A stretch of DNA of 63,947 nt, the filler included, from Reticulomyxa filosa (taxonomy: Eukaryota > Protista > Foraminifera), in the NCBI GenBank assembly GCA_000512085.1. It is 27 parts of 27 records of this genome, joined end to end, with 100 filler letters (N's around TTAATTAATTAA, not from the genome) between each part and the next. Parts side by side here need not be neighbours in the genome. Positions count along the whole stretch, not along the records: positions 50,825 to 52,822 come from ASPP01019144.1; positions 52,923 to 55,757 come from ASPP01023985.1; positions 55,858 to 56,945 come from ASPP01046431.1; positions 57,046 to 59,080 come from ASPP01023643.1; positions 59,181 to 63,947 come from ASPP01028308.1; 22 more parts are not named here. One strand, 5' to 3'. The translations under genes and the position numbers were made by a program. The notes under the pieces were generated by a model. It was not told the DNA's origin, did not search any database, and saw nothing but the letters and a program-made list of their open reading frames with translations. Positions 51,724-63,713 of the stretch are shown here, piece after piece (position 1 is the stretch's first letter; each line of letters opens with the position of its first letter).

Positions 51724-52731
51724 ATGGACGAAACATTTCTTAGTCAGAACGAGGCTTTAAAATTTTTTGTGGCGGTGTTGTTTGTAAGAGAGGCGGTGAT
51801 AGCCCCAATCTTGTGCTACCTTTTGTACAATTTTTGGAAATATCAAAAGTTAGAATTTATTTACCGAAGAAGACCATTGTTAACAATTGTGGTAATCACA
51901 TGCTCTATCATTGAAGTTGGTACGTTTCTTTAAAAAAAAAAAGTGTTGATGCGATGTATATTGAAAAATTAACAAACAAAAAAAAAAAAGCGTTTATTCC
52001 GATATGTCGTTATGAAATAATGTTTGGACGAAACCTTCACAATGTGTATAATTGGGTGACGCTATTTGATCTAATTCACGAAACATTGATAATCCCTCGT
52101 TTCTGGTTTTTGTATTTTGACTGGCAGCTAGGCAAGGATCTGATCAAATTGGAGTGGAAGCAGCAATTATACTTGAGTCAATTACGCGCTTACGAAATGA
52201 GCGGGGATACCGTAGAAAGTGCAGGTCAGTCGCCAACAGTGGAGCTGCAGACCAACCCTAGTCCTAATCCCGTTTCCAAGTCCAATCTCTCTGGCTCTGT
52301 CAGTGGTAGTGACCATTGTGATCTTGAAAAGTCAGTGTCACCTGTAACAATAACGGTACCTGTGCCTGTGCCTGTGCCAGCAGCAATAGCAAACACGTAT
52401 ACCGACAATGTTATCACTACCGTTTGGAACACGAATACTAAAAAAATACTTACGATTGTCCGCGAGAACGTGGACCAAAGGAACGAAAACGGGAGGAAAA
52501 AAACGCCGTGGGTATTACGCTACCGGAAGTATTTGGGAAACATGTATCTCGTGCTGGCCGTGTTTATACTGTTGTTTATTTGCTTCTTGGGGATGGTCGT
52601 TACGTTAGGTTTCTTGGAATCGATTTATGACGTTAGCATATTTGCAACATCCTATTCCTTCTGCACTGCCGTTGTGCTGGTTTTATGTGCTTCTAAAATT
52701 AAACGATGCCACGATTTGCTTGAAATTCAAA
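51724..52731 (+). CDS. 7TM receptor-like membrane protein (7TM-RGS/class-C-like), 3'-partial; intron 51920-51990
   Basis: TM1 followed by FIYRRRPLL, RFWFLYF after TM3, and KIKRCHDLLEI after TM5. Confidence 0.5.
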
Positions 52732-52985
52732 GTTTTTTTTTTTTTTTTTTTTTTTGTTCACAAAAAAATAGAAACGCAGTACTTGCAACGTATACAACAT
52801 GTACGTAATAAAAAAATAAAAANNNNNNNNNNNNNNNNNNNNNNNNNNNNNNNNNNNNNNNNNNNNTTAATTAATTAANNNNNNNNNNNNNNNNNNNNNN
52901 NNNNNNNNNNNNNNNNNNNNNNAAAAAAAAAAAAAAAAAAAGAAAAAGAAAAAGGAAAGGACAAAAAAAAAAAAAAAAAAAGAAG

Positions 52986-54368
52986 TTACAAACATCTGGG
53001 AAGAGAAGTGACAGATTGATAGAAAGTGGTCCTGTCTTGTTTGTCGACAATACCCAATTCCTGAAAATCTTCTCTGTCAATATCTCTAAGAATATCTCCA
53101 GTAAACTGTAGTTTTCGGGCTTGTTCCCAAGCAGTTCTGAAATCACGAGCAGTGGGGAAGTATTTTTCCCATGTTTGTTTATTAACCTTTGCCAAGTATT
53201 TATAAAACTCATCAATGTTCCAAGTTTTCCAACGTCGTAAAAACTTTTCCCATTGCAGTATTTCTTTTTTGTGTACCTTTTTTTTGATTTCTTCTAGTTG
53301 TTCTTCTAGTTTCTTGTTGGCAAGTCTTTCTTCCTCCATCAGCATCCAATGTTGTCGACGTATTTGATCGGGGTTTCTAGGTAGCTTGGCACGAATCTCT
53401 GCCAATGTGGTCATTGTTGTAAACATTGGTGTCGACGTCGATGTTGATGTCGATGTCGATATCGATGTCGAGGTTGAAGAAGCAGAAGACGCAGAGGATG
53501 CCGACGAAGAAGAATACGACGACCAACAGGACAATGAGGACGGAGACAAAGACGTCGGCAAAGGTGGGCATAAAATGGATGGCGGCATAGGCGGAGCAGT
53601 AGTGGTAGGTACGATAGCAGACGTGGTCGTGAGAGTAGACTTGCAAGTGTGCAAGTCGTTGAGTCCACCCAAAATGAGGAAGCGCATGCAGTTTCGTTTT
53701 GGCAATGAAAGTTGGTATTTGTTCAGCATTTGCTGTGATCTCAGTTCGTCGTCAACGGCCGCCTGCACATCCGCAAAAGTCTTACAACCCAATTTCACCC
53801 ATTCCATCCACAAGTCGCTGGGCAATTCAAACTTTTCGCAAAAGTGTTTGAACTGGTCGAAATTGCTGTTGTTCAGGTCAAGTCGTTCTCTTTCATAATA
53901 TGTGTTCGAGCTATTGCCATTACTATTACTATTACTATTACTATTACTATTACCATTCATGTCACCATTACTCAAACTCTTGTTGTAAGCCATCTGATCG
54001 TCGACTCCGTCTCTTCTCTTTGAGTCACTACTATTGTACATATGACCATTAGTATAACCATTAGTATAACCATTGGCATAACCATTGGTATGACCATTGG
54101 TATGACCATTGGTATGACCATTGGTATGACCATTGATATGGCCGTTGATGTGGTAGCCAGGAATTTTGCGAGCTGCAATACTAACCATTTCAACACAGCC
54201 ATTCATCTTTGATCTCGAATTCGCCATTGCATTCTGGTCGCCACTTTTTCCCGCATCTGCGGCGATCGTGCTCGCACCTGACGGCAGGTCGAATGGCAAA
54301 TTTGAAATGTCAGTGACAGAGTTGGAAAATGGATAACACGTTGTCTCTTCTTCTTCTTCTTCTTCTTG

Positions 54369-54410
<42 letters not shown>

Positions 54411-55157
54411 GTCCTCATCATTATCGTCCTCATCATTGTCATCTTCTTCTTCTTCTTCTTCTTCGCCTTCATCATCTTCTTCATTTACGTGATTCATATC
54501 TTTGTTTTTATCGCCATTATTCTTGTTATTATTGTTGTCAGTACTGACATTATCATTGGCAATTTCTTCCTCGTTTTCATTGTCATTTTCATCCATTTCT
54601 TCTTCTTTTTTATGATGTTCTGCTTCTTCGAGTTCCGTCTCCGTTTCTGTTTCCGTTTCTTCTTCTTCTGCTCCTGCTTTTCTTTTCCTTTTTTTGTTAT
54701 TATCTTCTTCTTCTTCTTCTTCTTCTTCATCCTCATCTTCATCCTCATCCTCCTCTTCCTCTTTCTCTTTCTCTTGTTCTTCTTCTTCCTCTTCTCTTTC
54801 TTTCTGTCTTTGTCTTCGTTTTTGTCTCTGTCTTTGTCTTTCCTTTCTTTTTTCTTTTTCCTTTTCTTTTTCTTTGGTGTGATCCCTTTTGCTCTTCGTG
54901 TCGAGTCGGACCGCATTGTACTTTTCGTTTTCTTTCTTGCTTCCAATGTGTTGAAATGGCTGGGATGACAACGACGACGACAACAACAACAATGACAAAT
55001 TGTTATCAGCACTAATCTTGCCATTGTCATTGCCACTGTCGTTATCATTGCCATTGTCATTTGAAGCCGTCGCGTTGCGTTTGCGTCGTTTTCGGTTCGT
55101 TTCGATCGGAGGAGTCGCGCTTGACCGCTTACGTTTTTTCGGGCTTACACTCCTCAT
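52986..55157 (-). CDS. Acidic low-complexity nuclear protein with SAM domain(s)
   Basis: N-terminal NLS PKKRKR; poly-E/D; C-terminal W.I.E...YL...KYF.....[20 protein letters not shown]...DR (SAM). Confidence 0.7.
54042..54152 (-). repeat. 12-bp coding tandem repeat (NG[HY]x)n
   Basis: accattggtatg-type units, about nine copies. Confidence 0.85.
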
Positions 55158-55566
55158 GTTCCTTCTGCTTCTTTTTCCCCCTTTTCCAATTTTTTTTTTT
55201 TTTTTGGTATTATTTAATCATTACTTTTTGTTCGTGATTGTGTGTACGTATTTTTTTACCTACTCACACGCCCCTTTATTATTATTATTATTTTTTATCT
55301 TTTTATTTTATCCATCTTTTTTTTTATTCACATACATACATACATACATACATAAATAAATAATCTTTTTTCGAATATTTTTTAAAAGCCGAGAAAAAAT
55401 TACACAAGAGAAGAGAAGGGTGTATATGTGTGTATGTGTGCGTATGAGCACAAAAGGGAGAGGAGGAAATGGGCGGAACACACACCATACATACACATAA
55501 ACGCAAAGCAAAACAACGAATACAAAGCGCCCAACCTTGTGCATCATCATTATCATGTCTCTCGTT

Positions 55567-55602
<36 letters not shown>

Positions 55603-55716
55603 TGTGCGTGTGTGTGTTTTTTTTTCTGTTTTTTTTTTGATACGTTACGTATACATTTTTACGAATAATGCTTTTACAATTGGAGAGTTGGAAAAAAATG
55701 AAAAAAATAAAGAGGC

Positions 55717-55757
<41 letters not shown>

Positions 55758-57535
55758 NNNNNNNNNNNNNNNNNNNNNNNNNNNNNNNNNNNNNNNNNNN
55801 NTTAATTAATTAANNNNNNNNNNNNNNNNNNNNNNNNNNNNNNNNNNNNNNNNNNNNAAACCACAAAAAATGACCCATTTCTGAAAAACTCAAGAACGTC
55901 TCACACTTATCATTTTTCATCTTGGAAAAAAACAGTTGATATGCCATTTGATCGGTACTGATTCGTGTTCTTTTTTTTTTCTTCGGTTATGTTTTCAAAA
56001 ATTTACACAATGAAAGTGATTTCCAAAAACAGCAATACTAGAACATACATCAATCAAAAATCACAAACAAAATTGGACAAAAATTATTTATTAAAAGCAC
56101 ACGCATTGTTACGTAGTATATGATCAGCTCTTCGGCTTCTTCATATTGTGAATTCTCTGTTACTGATCGCTGCTTTAAGTAGCCCACAGCAGAAGATGCG
56201 CTTTGTTTTGTCGAAGCCAAGGCCTGCGAAAACGGGAAGACAATAATTGTCCCAACTCTGAGGGGATAACATTGGCCACTTTCTTTTATAATGCATCAAA
56301 CATGCTTTCATGAAATTATTTTAGTTTTTTTCCTTTTCTCTAACACAACCAAATCAAACGTATACATCACATTATTTATTTTCTTTGCTTCCAAAGTACT
56401 TGTATGATGACGTATCCACAAAAATTTCTTCAAGTAAGCATTACACAATGGCGAAGGATAATTTTAAAAAATTAATCAATCAATCAATGTTTGATTTGAT
56501 GAATATTCGATTCTTTTTTGTTCATCACCTTTCATTATATGTATAACGTATTTGCTGTTATTTCCTTTTTACAGACACAATACAATCATTAATTTTATGA
56601 GGAAAAAAACATTTGATGATACACTCTAACATATGAGAAATATTGCTTGCTCAACAGTACGAACACCATTACAAATATATCATTACTATTCATTCGAACA
56701 ACATATAAAATATCTTCTTGTATTCTTTGATATGTGATTAGTTCCATTTTATAATGCTTCTATTTATTGATTGTTTTAATGTCGATACATGTTATTGTGA
56801 TGCTTTTTGTATATTCTTAACATTTCTTTTGATCTAGTCAAACGCTCTTCAAGACAGATCTCACTGTTTCGAGCAGGTACAGCCAAGTTTTCTTGTTCAG
56901 GTCTTGTGTCATTTGTATAATAGTTTTCTTTTTAATGAGAGCCTANNNNNNNNNNNNNNNNNNNNNNNNNNNNNNNNNNNNNNNNNNNNTTAATTAATTA
57001 ANNNNNNNNNNNNNNNNNNNNNNNNNNNNNNNNNNNNNNNNNNNNTTCTGAGTATTTGTCAGAAACAGCTTACATCTAAGCTGCATCTTTTTAATCATTA
57101 AACTTTATCACATATCCCAAAGAATATTGTAACCTTTGTACAAAGTCAGTATATGAGACTTATTTAGCTTTTTCTTCATTCAGCAGATGAATCGATTGTA
57201 CTTTTGTGTTGTTTAGATGATATTTTTATTTAAAATTTTGCAAAATATTCAAGCCTAAACAAATTTGATATTGGACTGATTGTTAAGTGCAATATCTAGG
57301 CTATACTAAAACGTATTTCCTTTAAAAAGGCAAGGAGGAAATAACAAATTCGATCCACAAAACAATAAATAATAACAGTGCTGTGAATGTTTTTGTTGCT
57401 GTCCACGTTTTCAACATACACAACAATATTAACGATTCTTTTTTTGGACTATGATGCACCCAAAAAAAAAATATATATACGTATATATAAGCGCCACGTG
57501 AGGGTAAGAAAAAAAAGAAGAGATAGCGCGGGCAA

Positions 57536-59066
57536 TTATTGATTTGCCAATTGTTTAGCCAATGCAGCAAAATCAGAAGCCCTTTTCGCCATCTGCTCAG
57601 ATTTATCTGCTACTTCTTTCATTTTTTCTAAGTTTTTAGCTGCTTGCTGTTGCCACAACCAATCAAACTAATATTAAAAACAAAACAAAAAACAGAGAAA
57701 AAAAACAACAACAAAACTGCATTTGCTTGACGGACGGGGTCGAGCATAGAAGATTGACCCGATTTGTGGTTTTTGACTCTCTCCACGTCATTTTCCGATT
57801 CTATCATGAAAACGAACAACCAATCAAGCAACCAAAAAATTTGTAAGAAGAAAGAGAATAGGAGAGAAGACTGAAAAAGAAGAGGAGATAACTTGATGGG
57901 GTATGCGCTTTGCCTTTCTCTGAGGAAGTAGCACGTGTCAAGTAAGAGTTGGACTTGCCATCATCTTTTTCTTCAGGTTGATTCATTGTCGACAATATTG
58001 AAGTTTGCAATACGGACTTGTAAACATATTCCGCAGGCTTCAGCAGATAAGTCGTGTTGTTCAACTACGTTCATCACAAAAGTAAGAAAGGGAGAGCCAA
58101 CAAACCAATAAAATGTATACATGCATGAAGAAAAAAAAGAGAAAGTGCAAAAGTGTATACTTGATAGGATCTAGCAGTAGTGCACTCAGACAAGGCTTGA
58201 TTATAGCACTTATCGCAGGTTTTTTCAGTGGCGGATTTGCCTTGTTCATTGGTGAATTTCATCCGACGCGTCCAGCATGCACTGCACACCAATAGCTTTG
58301 CAAACAAGCAATCAAACACATCCACAAAAACGTAAGCAAACATGGTTGCATCGGATATCGGCTTGGGCAAACACTTGCGAAAGCGAGTTATTGCGCCACG
58401 CGTACACACAAACACAAACTCTCAACTCCACATTTTCGGCAGTGGTGTCTTCGGTTGAAAATTGCAAATTTGAACTGGCATAACAAGCATTGATTGGATA
58501 TATCTTTTTTTCAATTGTATTGTTACATTTTGAGTTTGTTTGAGGCTGATTTTTTTTTTTTTTTTTTTTAACGTGATGTGTTTATGGATATGTAAAAAGA
58601 TGAATAGATACCATCTTCAATCCAAGCAGCCTTCTGGATTTCAAACGATTCGGAGACATCATTTTCCGTCAATGTGTTTCTCTTTTTTATTTATTTCATA
58701 AATGTGCACGTATACACATATACATATATATATATATATGTATATACATATGTGTGTAACGCTCTGACTTGCAAAAAAAAAAAAAAATGAAAGACAAAAC
58801 AATTTTCGCATAAAGAAGTAAATCTTCTCCAAGTTTTTGCAAAGGGGTATCGCCTTTCGAATTGGCAAGATCAGGGCGTGCTCCGTATGCCACCAACCAT
58901 CTTGCGATCTATTCATTCAGGACATGAACACGTCAAAACTATTGCAATCACCTTTCAAAACAAAACAAAACAAAACAAAACAAATTCAACTTTGACAGTT
59001 GGTGCCAAATGCAGAGGCCGGTTGCCATCGAAATCACCTAGATTGGGTGCTGCACCGTGCTGTTTG
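57536..59066 (-). CDS. Ankyrin-repeat + FYVE protein with C-terminal SNARE-like coiled coil (5'-partial)
   Basis: GAAPNLGDFDGNRPLHLA and GARPDLANSKGDTPL (ankyrin); WIED, C..C..KF..FNRRHHCRKCG, VC..C, C..C (FYVE); tail EKMKEVADKSEQMAKRASDFAALAKQL. Confidence 0.8.
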
Positions 59067-59260
59067 TGAGAGAGAGAGAANNNNNNNNNNNNNNNNNNNN
59101 NNNNNNNNNNNNNNNNNNNNNNNNTTAATTAATTAANNNNNNNNNNNNNNNNNNNNNNNNNNNNNNNNNNNNNNNNNNNNATATATATATATATATATGT
59201 ACATATATATATATATGTATATATGTATATATGTGTATATGTGTTTGCTTTGATTGAAAG

Positions 59261-59759
59261 GAACCTTTATTTAAACGAGTCGCGAATTCCATTGGTAGCA
59301 CTCATTTTCAAGTGGCTGAAAGGGCGCTTTTCTTATGGAATAATGACACCATTGCCACGTTCACTTCCGAACATCGCAGCCAGATACTACCCATCATTTA
59401 TCCTGCGTTGCAACGCAGCTACTCCGATCACTGGAATCCCGTCGTCTCCAATTTGACACTTAACATCATTCGCATCTTCAAAGAAATGGACAAAGAGCTG
59501 TACGAAAGCATCACCAAAGACTTCAAAAATCGCAAAGCGGACCCCGAACTCAAAGCCCAAATTCGCGCCCAAAAGTGGCAGTCGATTCGCGAACACAAGT
59601 TCACTGATGCGAAACAGGTATCTTTTTTTTTCCCTCCCCCCTCTTTCTCCTTCTATTCTCCTATCAATGTTTTAGATGCTTTTCTTTATTTTTGCAACCA
59701 ATTTGTTTGTGTATGTGATGTGCGTGTTGTTGCTGTTATTGTTGAATGATCAGCCATAG
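59261..59759 (+). CDS. PPP2R5: PP2A regulatory subunit B' (B56) C-terminal part
   Basis: PLFKRVA...STHFQVAERALFLWNND...ILPIIYPAL...HWN......N..IF.EMD..LY. Confidence 0.92.
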
Positions 59760-60527
59760 AAAAGAGCATTACGCAATTTTTAGAACAACTAACTTCTCTT
59801 TTCAACGCAAAACATTCGTCACTCCAAAAAAATTAAAAAAAACGCAACAATTGTTGGACTTCCCATTTCGATTTACTTTTGAGGTTGGTTCAAAAATAAA
59901 ATGACTGACACAAACTCAGTCAAAAAAAAAAATTTGGGACATAATATAAAAAAAAAACATTTAATTTTTTTGTTTTGTTATTTGTGTGTGTGCTGGTTGT
60001 TTGATTGAAAACCGAAACTAAGTTCTTGTTCGACCATTTGACATTTTTTATCCTATTTCATACCAACTCCTCTAAAAGACAATCTTTAGTGGCTTACATT
60101 TCTTTTTTTTTTTGTAACATTTTTCGGAAACATTGAATTACATAACTAAGTTATGAGCTGATTTTAAAACGTAATAAAAACAGTGTTTAATAATCAATGC
60201 TTGGAAAAAAGTAAAGATACTTTGACTCCGCAATCGCACAAAAATACGAAAATTGCCAATTATTGTAAAATCATTAATTCATCAACAATTTCATTACTTT
60301 TGAATGAAATGCGTTTTGAAATAATTTTGGAGCTGTAGATATTTTTTAAAATTAAAAAATTTGGATTAAATGTTTCTGAAAGATATCATTTTTAGGTATC
60401 AAAAGAAGTCTTTTTTTTTCGTGTTTCGAAAACACAACTTTAATTCATAAACAAGCCAATAAAATGTGTTCATTCATAAAAATGATCAACAAAAAAAAAA
60501 TAATTTTATTTATTGCTTGAATGATAA

Positions 60528-62749
60528 TCATCCCCAAATTCGGATTTTACAATCTGTAGAACCAGATGCAATTATATTTCCATTTTCAAAAATATCAACA
60601 CATCTCACACAATGAGAATGCCCTTCCAATATTTGCGTTCTCTTCTCTGATTCTACATTCCATAGTCGAATTGTATTATCACTTGAACATGATACGATTG
60701 TTTGACCATCTGGAAAATATTTTACATCATTTACATATTTTGAGTGTCCTTTCAATATTTTCCATTCTATTCCTGCTTCAACATTCCATATACGAATTGT
60801 ATTATCTAATGAGCATGATACAATATATTTACCATTTGGAGAAAATTTTGCACGTATTACAGCCTTGGAATGACCTTTGAATTGTTTCAACATTTCACCA
60901 GATTTTACATTCCATAGATTAATCATTTTATCGCCTGATGATGATACAATCATTTTACCATCTGGTGAAAATTGAGTACTTAATACATTGTTTGAATGTC
61001 CTAATAGTTGTTTCATTTCTATTCCAGAATGTACATCCCATAACTGTATTGTATTGTCTTGCAAACCAGCAACAATATATTTTCCATCTGGAGAAAAGTT
61101 TACGTCTAATATTTTAGTTGAATCTTTTTTGAATTTCTTTACTTCTGTTCCTGTATTAGTTTTCCATAATCGAATTGTTCCATCATCCGAGCATGATACA
61201 ACAGTATGTCCATCTGGTGAAAATCTTGCAGCATGCACTCGATTAGTATGTCCTCTGAAAATTTGAATCTGTTTTCCTGATGAAGTATCCCATATTCGAA
61301 CAGTATGATCGAATGATGCTGAAACAATTTTACGGCCATCTGCAGAAAATCTTACACTGTTTACTGTACTGTGATGTCCTTGTAAGACCATCAACAATTG
61401 GAAAAATCTTACCTATTTAAGGACATGCAAAATATATAATAACAATCTTATACAAATATTTATATATTACTTAACATATCTAATAATCATATTGTTAAAA
61501 TCATTGATCCATCCTAATTTTATCTTTAAAGTTCGAGTCCAATATTCGATAATAAGTTTTACATTATCTTTTGACTATTATTCATTGTTTGTTAACGCAT
61601 TTCATACAATAAAATTTATTTGTATTTGATTTTTTTTTTTAAAAAAAAAAAAAAAAGAAAATCAAGATATCTCTAAAAGGTTGAAAGAAGTCTTACCAAC
61701 TGTTGAAAATCCATCCATTCATTCATTTTTGTTTTCATATGCACTGCTACACTACCTTTATCATCATTTCCTCCAATGATATGTATATAAGCGTCGTTTT
61801 CATTCCATATTCCACAACAATCATACAATGGAATAGGTAAAGTATATTCAAATGTAAACCATTTTTTCTCTTTTATTGAATACTTGTGAACTAATTTTGA
61901 GGCATCAGAGGAACCCAATCCACCAAAGAATAAAATGACATCATTGATACATACATATGCATATTGTTTAAGTGATGCAATATCCCTACAAACAGGTAAT
62001 CCTTGAAATTGAAACATATTTTTATTTTCATTATATTTAATTGATAATCCTGTCGCTTGATGAAATAATATAATTTCATAATTTTTATTCTTTTTGATAT
62101 TATCTTTTTCTTCATTTGCTGGTTTTAATATAAGACAATGAGATGTAATACTGGCATTTGTGGGTAAAGTATCATGTTTAATAAATAGGTGTGTATTTAA
62201 ATCAAATATACTAATACTGTTTCGAAGATAAGTGATAAATAATAAATTATTGTTGCTTCCACCAACAACTGCACGTACTCCACAATAATTATCCCCATCT
62301 CTTCCAATACGAATTGTATAATCGCGATCATCCGGAAAAGGAATCCATTGATTATAATTGTTTGATTTCTTTGATTTCTTTGTTTTATTACCATTATCAT
62401 TACTCCAAACACTTACATATTTCATCATTAATGTATGTTTATCCTTTCCACCAAAAGATAATAAAGTAATTTCATTATCATTTTTATTATTGTTATCTAT
62501 CAATTTTACTACACAGTGTCCCCATAATGTAACATCACTTGGGTAATCACAGATAAACTTATACTCATCTTTGAGTATATTATAAGAATAACAATCTCTT
62601 TGCTTATGACCACCACAAATGAGGATTTCGTGTTTGTACAACACACACTGAGCTTGAGAAAGCGGAGTGGACAAATACTTCAAACTCTGAAAATGAGCTG
62701 AAGTAATAAGATCTTGATTTTGTTTAGATGTCAAATTTTGATTATCCAT
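60528..62749 (-). CDS. Kelch-like propeller - IKLGW module - WD40 propeller fusion; exons 61697-62749, 61476-61574, 60528-61412 (~678 aa)
   Basis: Kelch GG motifs (ICGG, SFGG, VVGG, FFGG, IIGG); phase-0 introns join in frame to seven WD40 repeats (GH...FSPDG..IVS.S.D.TIR.W). Confidence 0.85.
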
Positions 62750-62939
62750 GTTGTTTATGTTGCTGAATTATACTTTTTTTATAAAAAGGATGACGTGATT
62801 TTTTTTAAAACAAAAGACAGCCTTTTTGAGCGCCCTTTAAAAAAATTGTTTCAAAAATGGAATTTTACTTGGAAGTAAATTATTCAAATAAGAAATTGTT
62901 TGTAATGCATTTGAGATAACTATTTTTGATATAACATGT

Positions 62940-63460
62940 AGAAGTGTTCTGCAGAGTGAATATTGCAATTACTTGTATATCTTGATCATTACACAATCAT
63001 AAAATCGAAAAGTGTTATCTTCATCATATTTGATTAATAATACTATATTACCACAAAGCAATAAAACTATATATTATTATTAGTTGGTGGTTTACAATGT
63101 TTAAAAATTGAAATGAGTTTAAATTAAACAAAGTGATATTATTTCGAATGATTGTCACTTCAACCGATCACTACAGGTACTCAATTATTCAATCATATTG
63201 GAAGATAGAATATAATTATAAATGTGACTGTTGTGAAAGGGATCCATTAATTCCATACACTTATTTATTTTGGTGGATTTGAAAGACATAGATTGATGAT
63301 AAAATATATAAGTTTGTATTTGTTTTTGGGTGTATGGTAAGAATAACAATTTCTTTCGTTAAATCTCCACAAAGAGGAGCTCATGTTTGTGTAGCACACA
63401 TTGAGGGTAAGAAGGTGAAGTGTGTAGATTCTTCAAATTTTGAAAGGTGTGAGTGCTCAT
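62940..63460 (-). pseudogene. Deleted, decayed Kelch-like family copy
   Basis: MSTHTFQNLKNL...QCVLHKHELL...NCYSYH, VVIG*S, LFNLNSFQF, IKYDEDNTF; stops and internal deletions. Confidence 0.7.
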
Positions 63461-63713
63461 GTCTTTTTTCTCCGTTTTCGTTGAAATTTTAGATACACTC
63501 CAGTTTTTTTGGAGTAGGAAATTAGAAAATACCTTTTGTTAATAAATGGTTTTGGTGCAATATTTGTACATAATATTTCAGGTAAGAATTCGATCTTGAA
63601 AAAAATACTTTTTATTTAATATTCATGACAAAACTTGAAATACAAAAAAACATGTTCAATTGTGTCGTCAAAAAAAAACTCTCTTCGGTACACATACCTT
63701 CAAAAGCTGAAAG

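Noticed and set aside
55858-56945. Minus-strand coding-like stretch (YYTNDTRPEQENLAVP...)
   Set aside because: Multiple stops and no assignable family.
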